Origin: an uncultured delta proteobacterium
Lineage (GTDB): Bacteria > Desulfobacterota > Desulfobaccia > Desulfobaccales > 0-14-0-80-60-11
Direction: 5' to 3'
DNA length: 64,000 bases
Assembly: GCA_963812015.1 (NCBI GenBank)
Contig: CAWETI010000002.1
Span: forward strand, 448,001 to 512,000
Below are positions 22,987 through 32,341 of the stretch, piece after piece. The notes beneath the pieces are model-generated. The model saw nothing but the letters and a program-made list of their open reading frames with translations. It searched no databases and had not been told where the DNA came from. The first letter of the stretch is position 1, and each line of letters begins with the position of its first letter. The translations under genes and the position numbers were made by a program.

Positions 22987-23346
22987 ATGAAAACTCGTAT
23001 TTGCAGGCTGGAGTTTGGTATTAATTGTCTGGCGGACGCCAGGTTCCTATATCATGCCTGGGACCGGTTCTGGACCATGGAGGGCGGGGTACCTCCCCAT
23101 ACCCTCCTGGTGTATGTTACCATCGAGGACCGGCTGCCAGGCGAGCAAGTGAGTCTCAACTTTCAAGCCAGCATGGAAATGCTGGACAAGTTCATGAGCA
23201 TCTTGAAGCAGGACGGCCTCAAGTTCACCCGCAGCGTGATCATACCCGCCTTCCTGATCATTTGCCGGGTAGATAAGGACCGGGGCGGGTTAACGGTCAT
23301 CGGCGGCAGCGGCGGTGATGAACCCGACAACGGACCGGAGGATTAA
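22987..23346 (+). CDS. Hypothetical protein
   Basis: SD aaggag, 119 aa ORF, no motif recognised. Confidence 0.6.
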   Translation: MKTRICRLEFGINCLADARFLYHAWDRFWTMEGGVPPHTLLVYVTIEDRLPGEQVSLNFQASMEMLDKFMSILKQDGLKFTRSVIIPAFLIICRVDKDRGGLTVIGGSGGDEPDNGPED

Positions 23347-23418
23347 ACGATTATATCGTTACAACCAAGGAGTGCGGGGAGAGTTTCTTTCTGCACTCCA
23401 TACGCGTGAATGATGGCG

Positions 23419-26379
23419 CTACACCCCGGCTCCCTCATAAGTGGCCCCGAAGATAGTGTCCGACAGCCACTTCTTGAAGCTGGGGTTGTCGCTGAACTGC
23501 TTGAACAGCTCGGTATCATCTGCCAGCATGCCGATGACCACCTTCTGGAGCGCCCGGTCGTGCTCTAGCCGCGCCGCCGCCTTGTCGGAGTTTCTCATGG
23601 CATTTTGGTAAGCCTTGTCGGCCGCCACCTTTGCAGGGATTTCCTCAGAGATGACCTGGCGAATCCGGTCTGCGTCCTTCCAATTGATGTTACCGAACTG
23701 ATCGTTGAAGGCCTTGATGATGTTGCTGAGCCTGTCAAGTTCCGGTTCGGGCTTCCCCCCACCGCCGCTGGTGGGTACGGGTCCGATCTCTGCGTTCTGG
23801 TCAGGCAGCGCCAGCGTCAAGGCCTCCTGCACCTCGACTCGGTAACTGTCCATGTCGATAGTTTCGAGGATGCCTTTGGACAGGTCATCCTCCTTCGGAG
23901 CTGGCAGTTTAGGGATGAGGAAGTTCAGGAAGGTCGCCAGCTTCTCCCACTCCGCGTTGGTGTACGGCAGGATCGAGGCCAGGAACTGATAGGTCCGCAC
24001 AAATGCCTTCGCTTTGCCCTTGAAGTCCACCTGACCGTCCTCGTCCAGATCGCTCTTGTAGACGGCCACGCAGGCGTCGAGGATGGGGTCCAGCTTGTCC
24101 CGATCGGCGCCGCCGAGGAACAGCTCTACCAAATACTCCACCTGCGGCCACGCATAGACTTGGTAACCGTCCAGGGTCGCCTTCAAATCATGCAGTTTGT
24201 TCGGGTCGGTCTCCTCGCTGAGTATCGTTGTGCGGTAGTAGTCGGCGAAGGCCTGCGTGATGGTGTCGGCATCGTTCAGGAAGTCCAGCACAAAGGTGTC
24301 CGTCTTCTGGGGACGGGCCCGGTTTAGCCGCGACAGCGTCTGCACCGCCTTGATGCCCGCCAGCTGCTTGTCCACGTACATCGTGTGCAGCAGTGGCTCG
24401 TCGTAGCCGGTCTGGAACTTGTCCGCCACGATCAGGAACCGGTAAGGGTCCTGCTGGAACTTCTTTTCGATCTGGGCGCTTGGAAAGCCGTTAAGCTTTG
24501 CCTCGGTCACCTTCCGGCCGCCGTCTTCATGCTCACCTGAGAAGGCCACGATGGCCTCGTATGGGCTCTTGCGCTCTTGCAGGTAGGCCTTAAAGGCATG
24601 GTAATACTGGATTGCCCGGGCGACACCGCTGGTGACCACCATGGCGCGGGCTTGCCCGCCGATTTTTCGCCTGGCGATAACCTGCTCATGGAAGTGGTCG
24701 ATCATGATCTCAGCCTTCTGGCGGATCGCATAGTCGTGTGATTCGACGTAACGCCGCAGCTTTTTCCTGGCCCTCTTCGTGTCAAACTCCGGGTCGTCTT
24801 CCACCTTCTTCATCAGCCGGTAGTAGCTCTCAACCGGGGTATAGTTGGCCACCACGTCCAGTATAAACCCCTCTTGTATGGCCTGCTTCATGGTGTAGCT
24901 ATGGAAGGGCCGATGTCTGACCTTGTCTCCCTCCGGCACCGGCTCGCCGAAGATCTCCAATGTCTTGTTTTTGGGCGTGGCTGTGAAGGCGAAGTAGCTG
25001 GCGTTGGGCAGCATCTTCCTGGCTTCCATGATCCGGTTGATCCGGTCCTCAAAGGTGTCGTCGTCGTCCTTGCCGCCTTGTTCGGCCAGCGCTATACTCA
25101 TCTTCGCTGACGTTTGTCCACCCTGTCCGGAGTGGGCTTCATCGATGATAATGGCGAACTTCCGGCCCCGGTGCTCATCGCCGATCTTTTCCAGGACGAA
25201 GGGAAATGTCTGGATCGTCGAAATGATGATCTTTTTGCCACCGCTGAGATAGTTAGTCAGTTGCTTCGCCTTTGAACTTCCCGTGCCCTCTTTAACAGCG
25301 CCAATGGTGGCCGATACTTGGGCAAATTGCCTTATGGTTTCACGAATCTGCTTGTCCAGCACCTGGCGGTCGGTGACCACGATCACTGAGTCGAACCGGG
25401 GTTTTCCGCCCTCTTTCAGGCCGATGAGTTGGTGCGCCAGCCAGGCGATGGAGTTGCTCTTGCCGCTGCCGGCCGAGTGCTGGATCAGATACCGATGGCC
25501 AACTCCTCTTGCCTGGGCGTCGGCCAAGAGCTTATGCACCACGTCGAGCTGATGGTACCGTGGAAAGATCTGCTTGTGTTTCTTTTTCCCCTTGTCGTCC
25601 TTTTCCTCCACCACCTGGGCGTAGTTCTCGATGATGTCCGTAAGCCCAGCCTTGGTCAAAATCTGCTTCCAAAGGTAGTCCGTCTTGATGCCGCTTTCGT
25701 TGGGCGGGTTGCCGGCCCCGTCGTTAACGCCTTTGTTGAAAGGCAGAAACCACGAATCCTTCCCCCTCAGGTGCGTGCACATCCGCACTTCCTGGTCGTC
25801 CAGGGCGAAGTGCACCATGCAGCGGCCAAACTGAAACAACAGTTCCTTGGGTTCCCGGTCCCGCTTATACTGCTGCACCGCATCGTGCACGGTCTGTTTG
25901 GTCAGACGGTTTTTGAGCTCAAAGGTGGCGACCGGCAGGCCGTTGATGAAGAGGCCCAGGTCCAGGGCGAGCTGGGTCTCGTCCTTGCTGTAGCGAAGTT
26001 GCCGGGTGACGCTGAAGAGGTTGGCCGCGAAGCGTTTCTCGGCCTTGAGGTTGGCCGGGGTGGGCGTGCCGTAGAACAGGTCCAGGCTCACCGGCCCATG
26101 CTTGACCCCGTTACGCAGCACGTCGATGACGCCCCGCCGGGCGATCTCCCCCTGGAGCCGGTGGAGGAACTGGGTCTGCTTGGGGCCCTCCTGGGTTAGG
26201 TCCAGGGCCGCGGCTGCCTTGGGCTGGGTGGCCTCCAGAAAGGCCGTGAGCTTGGCCAAGTCCACTGCGTGATCCCGGTCGTAGTCTTCGCTTCGGCCCT
26301 GCTGATAGCCGGCCTCATCCACCAGGCAGGCGACGATCAGGGTCTCCAGGCCTTTTTCACTGGTGTCAGTCGTCGGCAT
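23419..26379 (-). CDS. hsdR: Type I restriction endonuclease subunit R
   Basis: NGLPVATFELKN nuclease motif, HSAGSGKS, IIDEAH, FTATP, TGYDEP, QTLSRLNR. Confidence 0.95.
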   Translation of the reverse strand: MPTTDTSEKGLETLIVACLVDEAGYQQGRSEDYDRDHAVDLAKLTAFLEATQPKAAAALDLTQEGPKQTQFLHRLQGEIARRGVIDVLRNGVKHGPVSLDLFYGTPTPANLKAEKRFAANLFSVTRQLRYSKDETQLALDLGLFINGLPVATFELKNRLTKQTVHDAVQQYKRDREPKELLFQFGRCMVHFALDDQEVRMCTHLRGKDSWFLPFNKGVNDGAGNPPNESGIKTDYLWKQILTKAGLTDIIENYAQVVEEKDDKGKKKHKQIFPRYHQLDVVHKLLADAQARGVGHRYLIQHSAGSGKSNSIAWLAHQLIGLKEGGKPRFDSVIVVTDRQVLDKQIRETIRQFAQVSATIGAVKEGTGSSKAKQLTNYLSGGKKIIISTIQTFPFVLEKIGDEHRGRKFAIIIDEAHSGQGGQTSAKMSIALAEQGGKDDDDTFEDRINRIMEARKMLPNASYFAFTATPKNKTLEIFGEPVPEGDKVRHRPFHSYTMKQAIQEGFILDVVANYTPVESYYRLMKKVEDDPEFDTKRARKKLRRYVESHDYAIRQKAEIMIDHFHEQVIARRKIGGQARAMVVTSGVARAIQYYHAFKAYLQERKSPYEAIVAFSGEHEDGGRKVTEAKLNGFPSAQIEKKFQQDPYRFLIVADKFQTGYDEPLLHTMYVDKQLAGIKAVQTLSRLNRARPQKTDTFVLDFLNDADTITQAFADYYRTTILSEETDPNKLHDLKATLDGYQVYAWPQVEYLVELFLGGADRDKLDPILDACVAVYKSDLDEDGQVDFKGKAKAFVRTYQFLASILPYTNAEWEKLATFLNFLIPKLPAPKEDDLSKGILETIDMDSYRVEVQEALTLALPDQNAEIGPVPTSGGGGKPEPELDRLSNIIKAFNDQFGNINWKDADRIRQVISEEIPAKVAADKAYQNAMRNSDKAAARLEHDRALQKVVIGMLADDTELFKQFSDNPSFKKWLSDTIFGATYEGAGV

Positions 26380-27769
26380 CGGTCACCTCCTCGCCGAGTT
26401 CCCCCTCGTCCTCTCCGACCACCTCGTCGTCCAGGCCTTCGTCCAGTTCCTCCGGCTCGGCCTCGGCTTCCATGGCCTTCAGGGGCGGGGCTAGGTGCCG
26501 CACGTCCACCTTGCCGGTCACCACGTCGGCAATCAATCGCGTCCGGTACTCCCGGATCAGGTCGATCTCGCGGCTTGCCTTGTCGATTGCCGCCTGCAGA
26601 GTCGCCGTTTGCTCGCCGATCTGGGCAATGATTGCTCTCTGTTCATCGTACGTCGGTGGATACGTAACGGCCAGGTTGCCAATGAAGGTCCAGTCCGCAC
26701 GCGGCATCTTCGCACCAAAGGTCGAGCTGTTGATCAGGTTGATGAACTGCTTTGAACGCAGCTTCTGTTCCAGAAACTCAGGGAGAATGCCTGGTTTGAC
26801 GATCCGCAGAACCAGAAACTCGCCAACACATACTCCTCGCATCTGTGGCCTCGCTACCTTGGCGAGGTAAGGCCGCAGCTTTCCGAACAAGACGTCATTG
26901 GACTGAAACCGCTTTACCTGACTGTCGAAGGCGACCTCACCGTCCGGGAGCATGATTCGTCCGGTCCAGCTTTCAATATGCTCGAGGGCAACGTACACAT
27001 CATCAGGCAGTTTGGAGCCTGTCTGCTCGTTCACATTCCTGACGAGGAACTTGAGCCGTCGCTGTTCCCAGTGCCCTGGGATGTCGCCGAGCCAGTCGAT
27101 GCCAGAGGGTTTGAGGGGGACGTTGGGATCGAGACCGCGGGTCACGGCCCGGTTAATGATGGCCTGCTTCTGCTCGTCTAACACCTCGATTAGCCGCCGC
27201 CGGTTGCGGATGAGCCGGCGAACCTTGCGGTCCATGGAGTCAATGAAGCGGACTATGGTATCCACTTCATCACTTGGGGGGGCAGCTACGTGAATCGCCC
27301 CAAACCGGTCCCCATACAATCGCAGGAAACCCGAGCCAACGCCCTTGGATTCAGCGAGGAATTTCGCCACCATTCCAGGAGAACGAAGAAGGTAGCCAAG
27401 GAACCATGGATTTATGCCGTTCAGAGGCGTTAACACCGCATAATCGGGGCTCACGAGACCCTGCTCTGGCGCAATGTGGAACATTCCACTCCAAGCCTGC
27501 ATCCGATTCATTCCGACTTCACCAGAACGGCAAATTTTATAGCCGACGAGTGTCGATGCGGCGTGCATCTTATCTGTTGCCTCCGCATGACGGATGAGAC
27601 CACGTTTTCTGGTCATCGACAGAAGCGGTTCCTCTGCGGTTGTGGATCGACGATCAACTTCACGCAGCAATGTCTTGAGCCGACGAACCTCCCAATGCGT
27701 CGGCACTTGACCAATCCATGGTAGGCCGGAGTCCTTGTATTCTGGATATGGTTTCAGACTGCCCGTCAT
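26366..27769 (-). CDS. hsdS: Type I R-M specificity subunit S
   Basis: Two TRDs with conserved KDSGLPWIGQVP and KPSGIDWLGDIP repeats; EYRTRLIADVVTGK. Confidence 0.93.
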   Translation of the reverse strand: MTGSLKPYPEYKDSGLPWIGQVPTHWEVRRLKTLLREVDRRSTTAEEPLLSMTRKRGLIRHAEATDKMHAASTLVGYKICRSGEVGMNRMQAWSGMFHIAPEQGLVSPDYAVLTPLNGINPWFLGYLLRSPGMVAKFLAESKGVGSGFLRLYGDRFGAIHVAAPPSDEVDTIVRFIDSMDRKVRRLIRNRRRLIEVLDEQKQAIINRAVTRGLDPNVPLKPSGIDWLGDIPGHWEQRRLKFLVRNVNEQTGSKLPDDVYVALEHIESWTGRIMLPDGEVAFDSQVKRFQSNDVLFGKLRPYLAKVARPQMRGVCVGEFLVLRIVKPGILPEFLEQKLRSKQFINLINSSTFGAKMPRADWTFIGNLAVTYPPTYDEQRAIIAQIGEQTATLQAAIDKASREIDLIREYRTRLIADVVTGKVDVRHLAPPLKAMEAEAEPEELDEGLDDEVVGEDEGELGEEVTDADD

Positions 27770-29898
27770 GCCCCCGCCGCCCCCACAATCTGTTCCAACA
27801 GGCCCTCACCTTCGGCCTGAAGGGCTTCCAGATCGGCCCTGATCTCCGTAAGTGAGCGCAGCGGCTGGGGCTTGTAAAAGTGCCGGGTAAAGGAAATCTC
27901 TTAGCCGATCTGGGTCTTGGCGGGGTCGATCCAGGCGTCCGGCACGTGTGGCAGGACCTCCCGCCGGAAGAAGGCCTCAATGCCGCCCGCCTCCAGGAGT
28001 GGCACCTGCTCCGTATCCCTGAGGCTGCTGTCCGGCTCATACTCCGCCACCCTGGGCTTGCCACCGATTTCCCCTCCGTAGCGGCCATATAAGGGGGCCG
28101 CCTCCACCTTCCCCGGTTTGCTGATCTTCCGGATGACCGGCGAGGCGGTTGGATCGATGCTGGTGAGTTCGGATTGAAAAAGCTTCAGGCGCTTGGCGGT
28201 CAGGTTGACGCCTTGGTGGTCGGCATCCGCTTCGCACGCGGCCAGGACTCGGTTGAAATCCAAATGCGGCCCCGAGCCGAGACGCTTTGTCACCCGCCGC
28301 ACCAGGTGGGCCAGGGGCTCCTCCTTGGCTGCCTGGCAGGCTCTATCAAATCGCTCCAGCAAGGGGGCGCTCAGGTCGGTGGCCAGGCGCAAGGGACGCT
28401 CCACGGTAATCTTCCAGTAGCCGAAGGCCTCGTTGGGAAAGATCTTGGACTGGTCGGTCTCTTCAAAAGCCAGGAACATGTCGGTGATTTGCTTAATCTG
28501 GTCGTCGGACAGTTCGCAGTTCTTCTTGCCCAAGTTTTTGCGCAGCGGCTGGAAGATGGAGGTCGCGTCGATGAGCTGGACCTGGCCTCGGCGGGGCTCG
28601 GGCTTGCGGTTGGTGAGCACCCAGATATAGGTGGCGATGCCGGTGTTGTAGAACATGTTCAGGGGCAGGGCGATAATGGCCTCCAGCCAGTCATTCTCGA
28701 TGATCCAGCGGCGGATATTGCTCTCCCCCTGGCCGGCGTCGCCGGTGAACAGGGAGGAGCCGTTGTGAACCTCGGCGATGCGGCTGCCCAGGGGCGTATG
28801 GTGGTTCATCTTGGCCACCTTGTTCACCAGGAACATAAGCTGGCCGTCGCTGGAGCGGGTGATGAGGGAGAGCTCCTCGCCCTTAAGCTGAACTACAAAA
28901 CGGGGGTCGGCCAGGTCCTTCTTGCCCCCCATGCGTTCCAGGTCGGTCTTCCAGCTCTTGCCGTACGGTGGATTGGAGAGCATGAAGTCGAACTCTCTGG
29001 CCAAAAAGTCGTCCGTGGAGAGCGTCGAGCCGAATTTGATGTTCTCGGCGGCCTGGCCTTCGCCTTTTAGCAGTAGGTCGGCTTTGCAGATGGCGTAGGT
29101 TTCGGCGTTGACCTCCTGGCCGAACAGGTGAATGGAGACTTCCTTGCCGTGTTCCCGGGCGAGTTGGTCCAGAGTTTCCTCAGCCACGGTGAGCATCCCA
29201 CCGGTGCCGCAGGCGCCGTCGTATACCCGGTAGGTGGCGTCGAGGATGTCCCCGGCAATGGGCCTGAAGATCAGGTTAGCCATGAGCTTCACCACATCCC
29301 GAGGCGTGAAGTGCTCGCCGGCCTCCTCGTTGTTTTCTTCGTTGAACCGGCGGATCAGCTCCTCAAAGATCGTGCCCATGGCATGGTTGTCCAGGCCGGG
29401 CAGGCGCAGGTTCCCGTCCTGGTTGAACACGGGGTTGGGGCTGAGGTTGATATCGTTGGAGGTGAACTTCTCGATGAGACTGCCAACGATATCAGCATCG
29501 ACGAGCGTCTGGATCTGGTTACGGAACTTGAATTTTTCCAGGATCTCCTGGACGTTGGGCGAAAAGCCGTCCAGGTAGGCCTCGAAGTCGGCCTTGAGTT
29601 GCTGCTGCTTGGCCCGGGCCCGGAGGTCTTTAAGGGTGAACGGGGAGATGTTGTAGAAGGCGTTCCCGGCAGTCTGACAGAGCGCGTCGCCTTTGTTGGC
29701 GACGCCTGCTGCGTCGAGCTGTTTATTGAGTTTGAGGACGGCTTCCTTGGTTGGCTCCAACACCGCGTCAAGCCGGCGGATGACGGTCATGGGCAGGATC
29801 ACATCCCGGTACTTGCCCCGGACATACACATCCCGGAGGACATCATCGGCAATGTTCCAGATGAATCCGGCAATCCAATTGACGTCTCCGTTTGACAT
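27766..29898 (-). pseudogene. hsdM: Type I R-M methyltransferase M subunit with premature TAA at 27901-27903
   Basis: GEHFTPR, YDGACGTGGML, NPPY; frame reads KTQIG*EISFTRHFY... to a TGA overlapping the hsdS ATG. Confidence 0.88.
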
Positions 29899-30841
29899 GC
29901 ATGCCTCCGTAGGGTTCTCAGAGCCCTGATGTGTTGAAGTATTTGCTGACTCTCTCGTCGGCCACCATGGTGTGAAGGCCGGAGGATTAAAATTCCCCTT
30001 GACCATGGCCCAGGTGGGAGCAAGGAGAAGATATTGCCGCCCAGCCGCTGCCTCTCTTCGACATGAGGCGCCTGCCATCAACCTGAAAGAAGCTTTAACT
30101 TATACCTATATTCCCAACTGGACTTAATAGTCAACAAATCTCGGATGATATCCGTTTGAAGATCACTAAGTCCGCCGCCGACAAAGCAGGCGACCCCAGT
30201 AAGGTGACGGTGAGTGCCAACCCTATACTTTCCATGAGGTTGGACCTGCCAGAGTCGATTTCTTAAAGCTTCTCCGCACCATTCCCGGCGCTGCAATTTA
30301 AAGACCCCAATGATCCCTTGCACATGGTGTTGGTCCGGGACATGTGGCTCACCAATTTTGGAGTCCCCTGCCCCAAACGCCCCCTCGCTTGACAAGCCAG
30401 AGTCCTATGCTATGGGCCATTTCTCCAATAACAGATATCTTCCTAGTCCTTAATTAACCAATTCCCCATTGCCATTTCTGGTCTTCCTAAAGCTCTCCCT
30501 GATGGTCCAGGCTGCGGCCCCAATCCGTGTCCGAGAGAATTGCCAACCAAAACATACCTGGTCATAGGAGAGCGACTTTGAGGCCCTGGAGGTTAATCTT
30601 GCATGCGTAAAAAACAGATGGATGTCGATGATCGCCGGGAACCAGTCTGGTGGTTCTCTCCTTTCCCTAAGGGTACGCCACTCCTATTGCAGACTTAGAG
30701 ACCTGTGCTTTCATACCCTAAGGGAAAGTTGTAACGGCCATGAATGCGCTAACAGAGCGGATGTCAAGCCAAGGGCGTGGAGGAAGAAGGGGGCCGGGCT
30801 TAGCTGCCCTACTCCTACCCCCTCAAAAAAATAAAATAAAT

Positions 30842-30867
30842 TTGACACCGGGGGGGGCGCTTATAAC
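30842..30867 (+). promoter_or_regulatory. Sigma70-like promoter with poly-G spacer upstream of the RT unit
   Basis: A-rich UP element, TTGACA, ccG8cgct, TATAAC (14-bp spacer). Confidence 0.45.
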
Positions 30868-31165
30868 AAAGCTCAGCTAGTAAGTTCAGGCCCAGTAAGG
30901 GTTTTGGGACTTTTTGCGGCCAGAAGTCACCTCCATTGACGTGAAAATAACTGGGTTTACCATGGCTCTTATGGCACGGGAAGAAAGATCATCTGCCCTG
31001 GTCTCGTTGGCAAAAGCGCTGTTCTCCCGGCCGACCATGGTGGAGTCCCAGGAAAGTGGTCCGTGGTTACCGGGGCAACGGTATTACCCTAGGGAATCTA
31101 TTCCCCCTGGCATTAAATCGCCGGTTCATGAGGGCCGGGACGAAGGAGGTGATCGATGCAATCAA

Positions 31166-32341
31166 ATGATGAATAAGATCTGCTCCCAGGATAACCTGCG
31201 GAATGCCTTCCGGAAGGTCGCAAAGAACAAAGGAAGTTCCGGGATCGACGGCGTGACCACTCAGGAGTTTGGTTCCTCCCTAAATGTCAACCTGACCACG
31301 CTGGCCAAGGAACTACTGTCAGGCCAGTATCAGCCACAATCCGTAAAGCGGGTATGGATCCCTAAGCCCGGCAGCACGGAAAGGAGACCGTTAGGAATCC
31401 CCACAGTCCGAGATCGTGTGGTTCAGGCTGCTGTGCTCCATGAGATTGAACCCATATTTGAAAGCTGCTTTGCGGATAACAGCTATGGGTTCCGGCCAGA
31501 CCGGGGAGCCACAGGCGCCTTACGGCGGGTAGACACCTTGCTAAAGGACGGCTATTGGCATGTGGTGGATGCGGATATCAAGGCATACTTCGACACGATA
31601 CCGCATGAGGCACTACTGGAGCTGGTGAGGAGGAGGGTCCATGATGAAAGAGTTATCCGGCTCATCCGGGCCTTCCTGGAAGCCGGAGTCATGGAGGATG
31701 GGGCGTCACTGTACCTGCCGGAGGAGGGTACACCACAGGGGGGAGTCATCAGTCCCCTGCTGGCTAATATTTACCTAGATCCCTTGGATCACGCAATGGT
31801 GAGACAGGGCTTGGCAATGATCCGGTACGCCGATGACTTCGTTATTCCGTGCCATAGCCGTAATGAAGCAGGGATGGCTTTGGATATGGTGATGGAATGG
31901 ATGGCGGCGGCGGGGCTTACTCTGCATCCAACCAAGACCAAGATAGTGGATGTGTATCAACCCGGTGATAACTTCGAATTCTTGGGCTACCGCTTCGAGG
32001 AGGATCGTCGCAGTCCCCGGGAGAAGAGCGTTGAGAAGCTGAAGGAATCTGTCAGGGCAAAGACCACTCGCCGTCGGCGGGGTAGCCTGGTGGAGGTCAT
32101 CCAGGACATCAACCAAGTGCTGATAGGCTGGTTTGAGTATTTCCGGCACAGCACAGAGGCCCAGGTCTTCCAAGATCTGGATGTGTGGGTGGCCGGCAGG
32201 TTGCGTAATGTAATGCGCTGGCGGTTTGTCTCAGGAAGAACACGCTGCCAGACTCTCTGGCCGGATGCCCGTTTCAACGACCAAGGGCTCTTTTCCTTAG
32301 GTAATGCCCACGACCGGATGGCTTCCAGGGACTGGAACTGA
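31166..32341 (+). CDS. Group II intron-type reverse transcriptase/maturase (RT0-7 + X domain, no endonuclease)
   Basis: NKGSSGIDG, RPLGIPTVRDRVVQ, SYGFRP, DADIKAYFDTI, GTPQGGVISPLLANIYL, RYADDF, FLGY, GWFEYF; frame open from 30914, start uncertain. Confidence 0.93.
   Translation: MMNKICSQDNLRNAFRKVAKNKGSSGIDGVTTQEFGSSLNVNLTTLAKELLSGQYQPQSVKRVWIPKPGSTERRPLGIPTVRDRVVQAAVLHEIEPIFESCFADNSYGFRPDRGATGALRRVDTLLKDGYWHVVDADIKAYFDTIPHEALLELVRRRVHDERVIRLIRAFLEAGVMEDGASLYLPEEGTPQGGVISPLLANIYLDPLDHAMVRQGLAMIRYADDFVIPCHSRNEAGMALDMVMEWMAAAGLTLHPTKTKIVDVYQPGDNFEFLGYRFEEDRRSPREKSVEKLKESVRAKTTRRRRGSLVEVIQDINQVLIGWFEYFRHSTEAQVFQDLDVWVAGRLRNVMRWRFVSGRTRCQTLWPDARFNDQGLFSLGNAHDRMASRDWN

Noticed and set aside
30074..30087. 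14-bp match (gccatcaacctgaa) to the three-copy repeat
   Set aside because: Isolated match with no flanking similarity; compatible with chance.
30078..30395. 105-aa ORF upstream of hsdM
   Set aside because: No SD or recognisable motif; cannot be supported as a gene.
31166..32341. DGR, retron or CRISPR-associated RT
   Set aside because: Motifs are group II-type (PQGG, YADD, X domain). I saw no TR/VR pair with A-specific mismatches, no retron VTG motif, and no cas1 or array.
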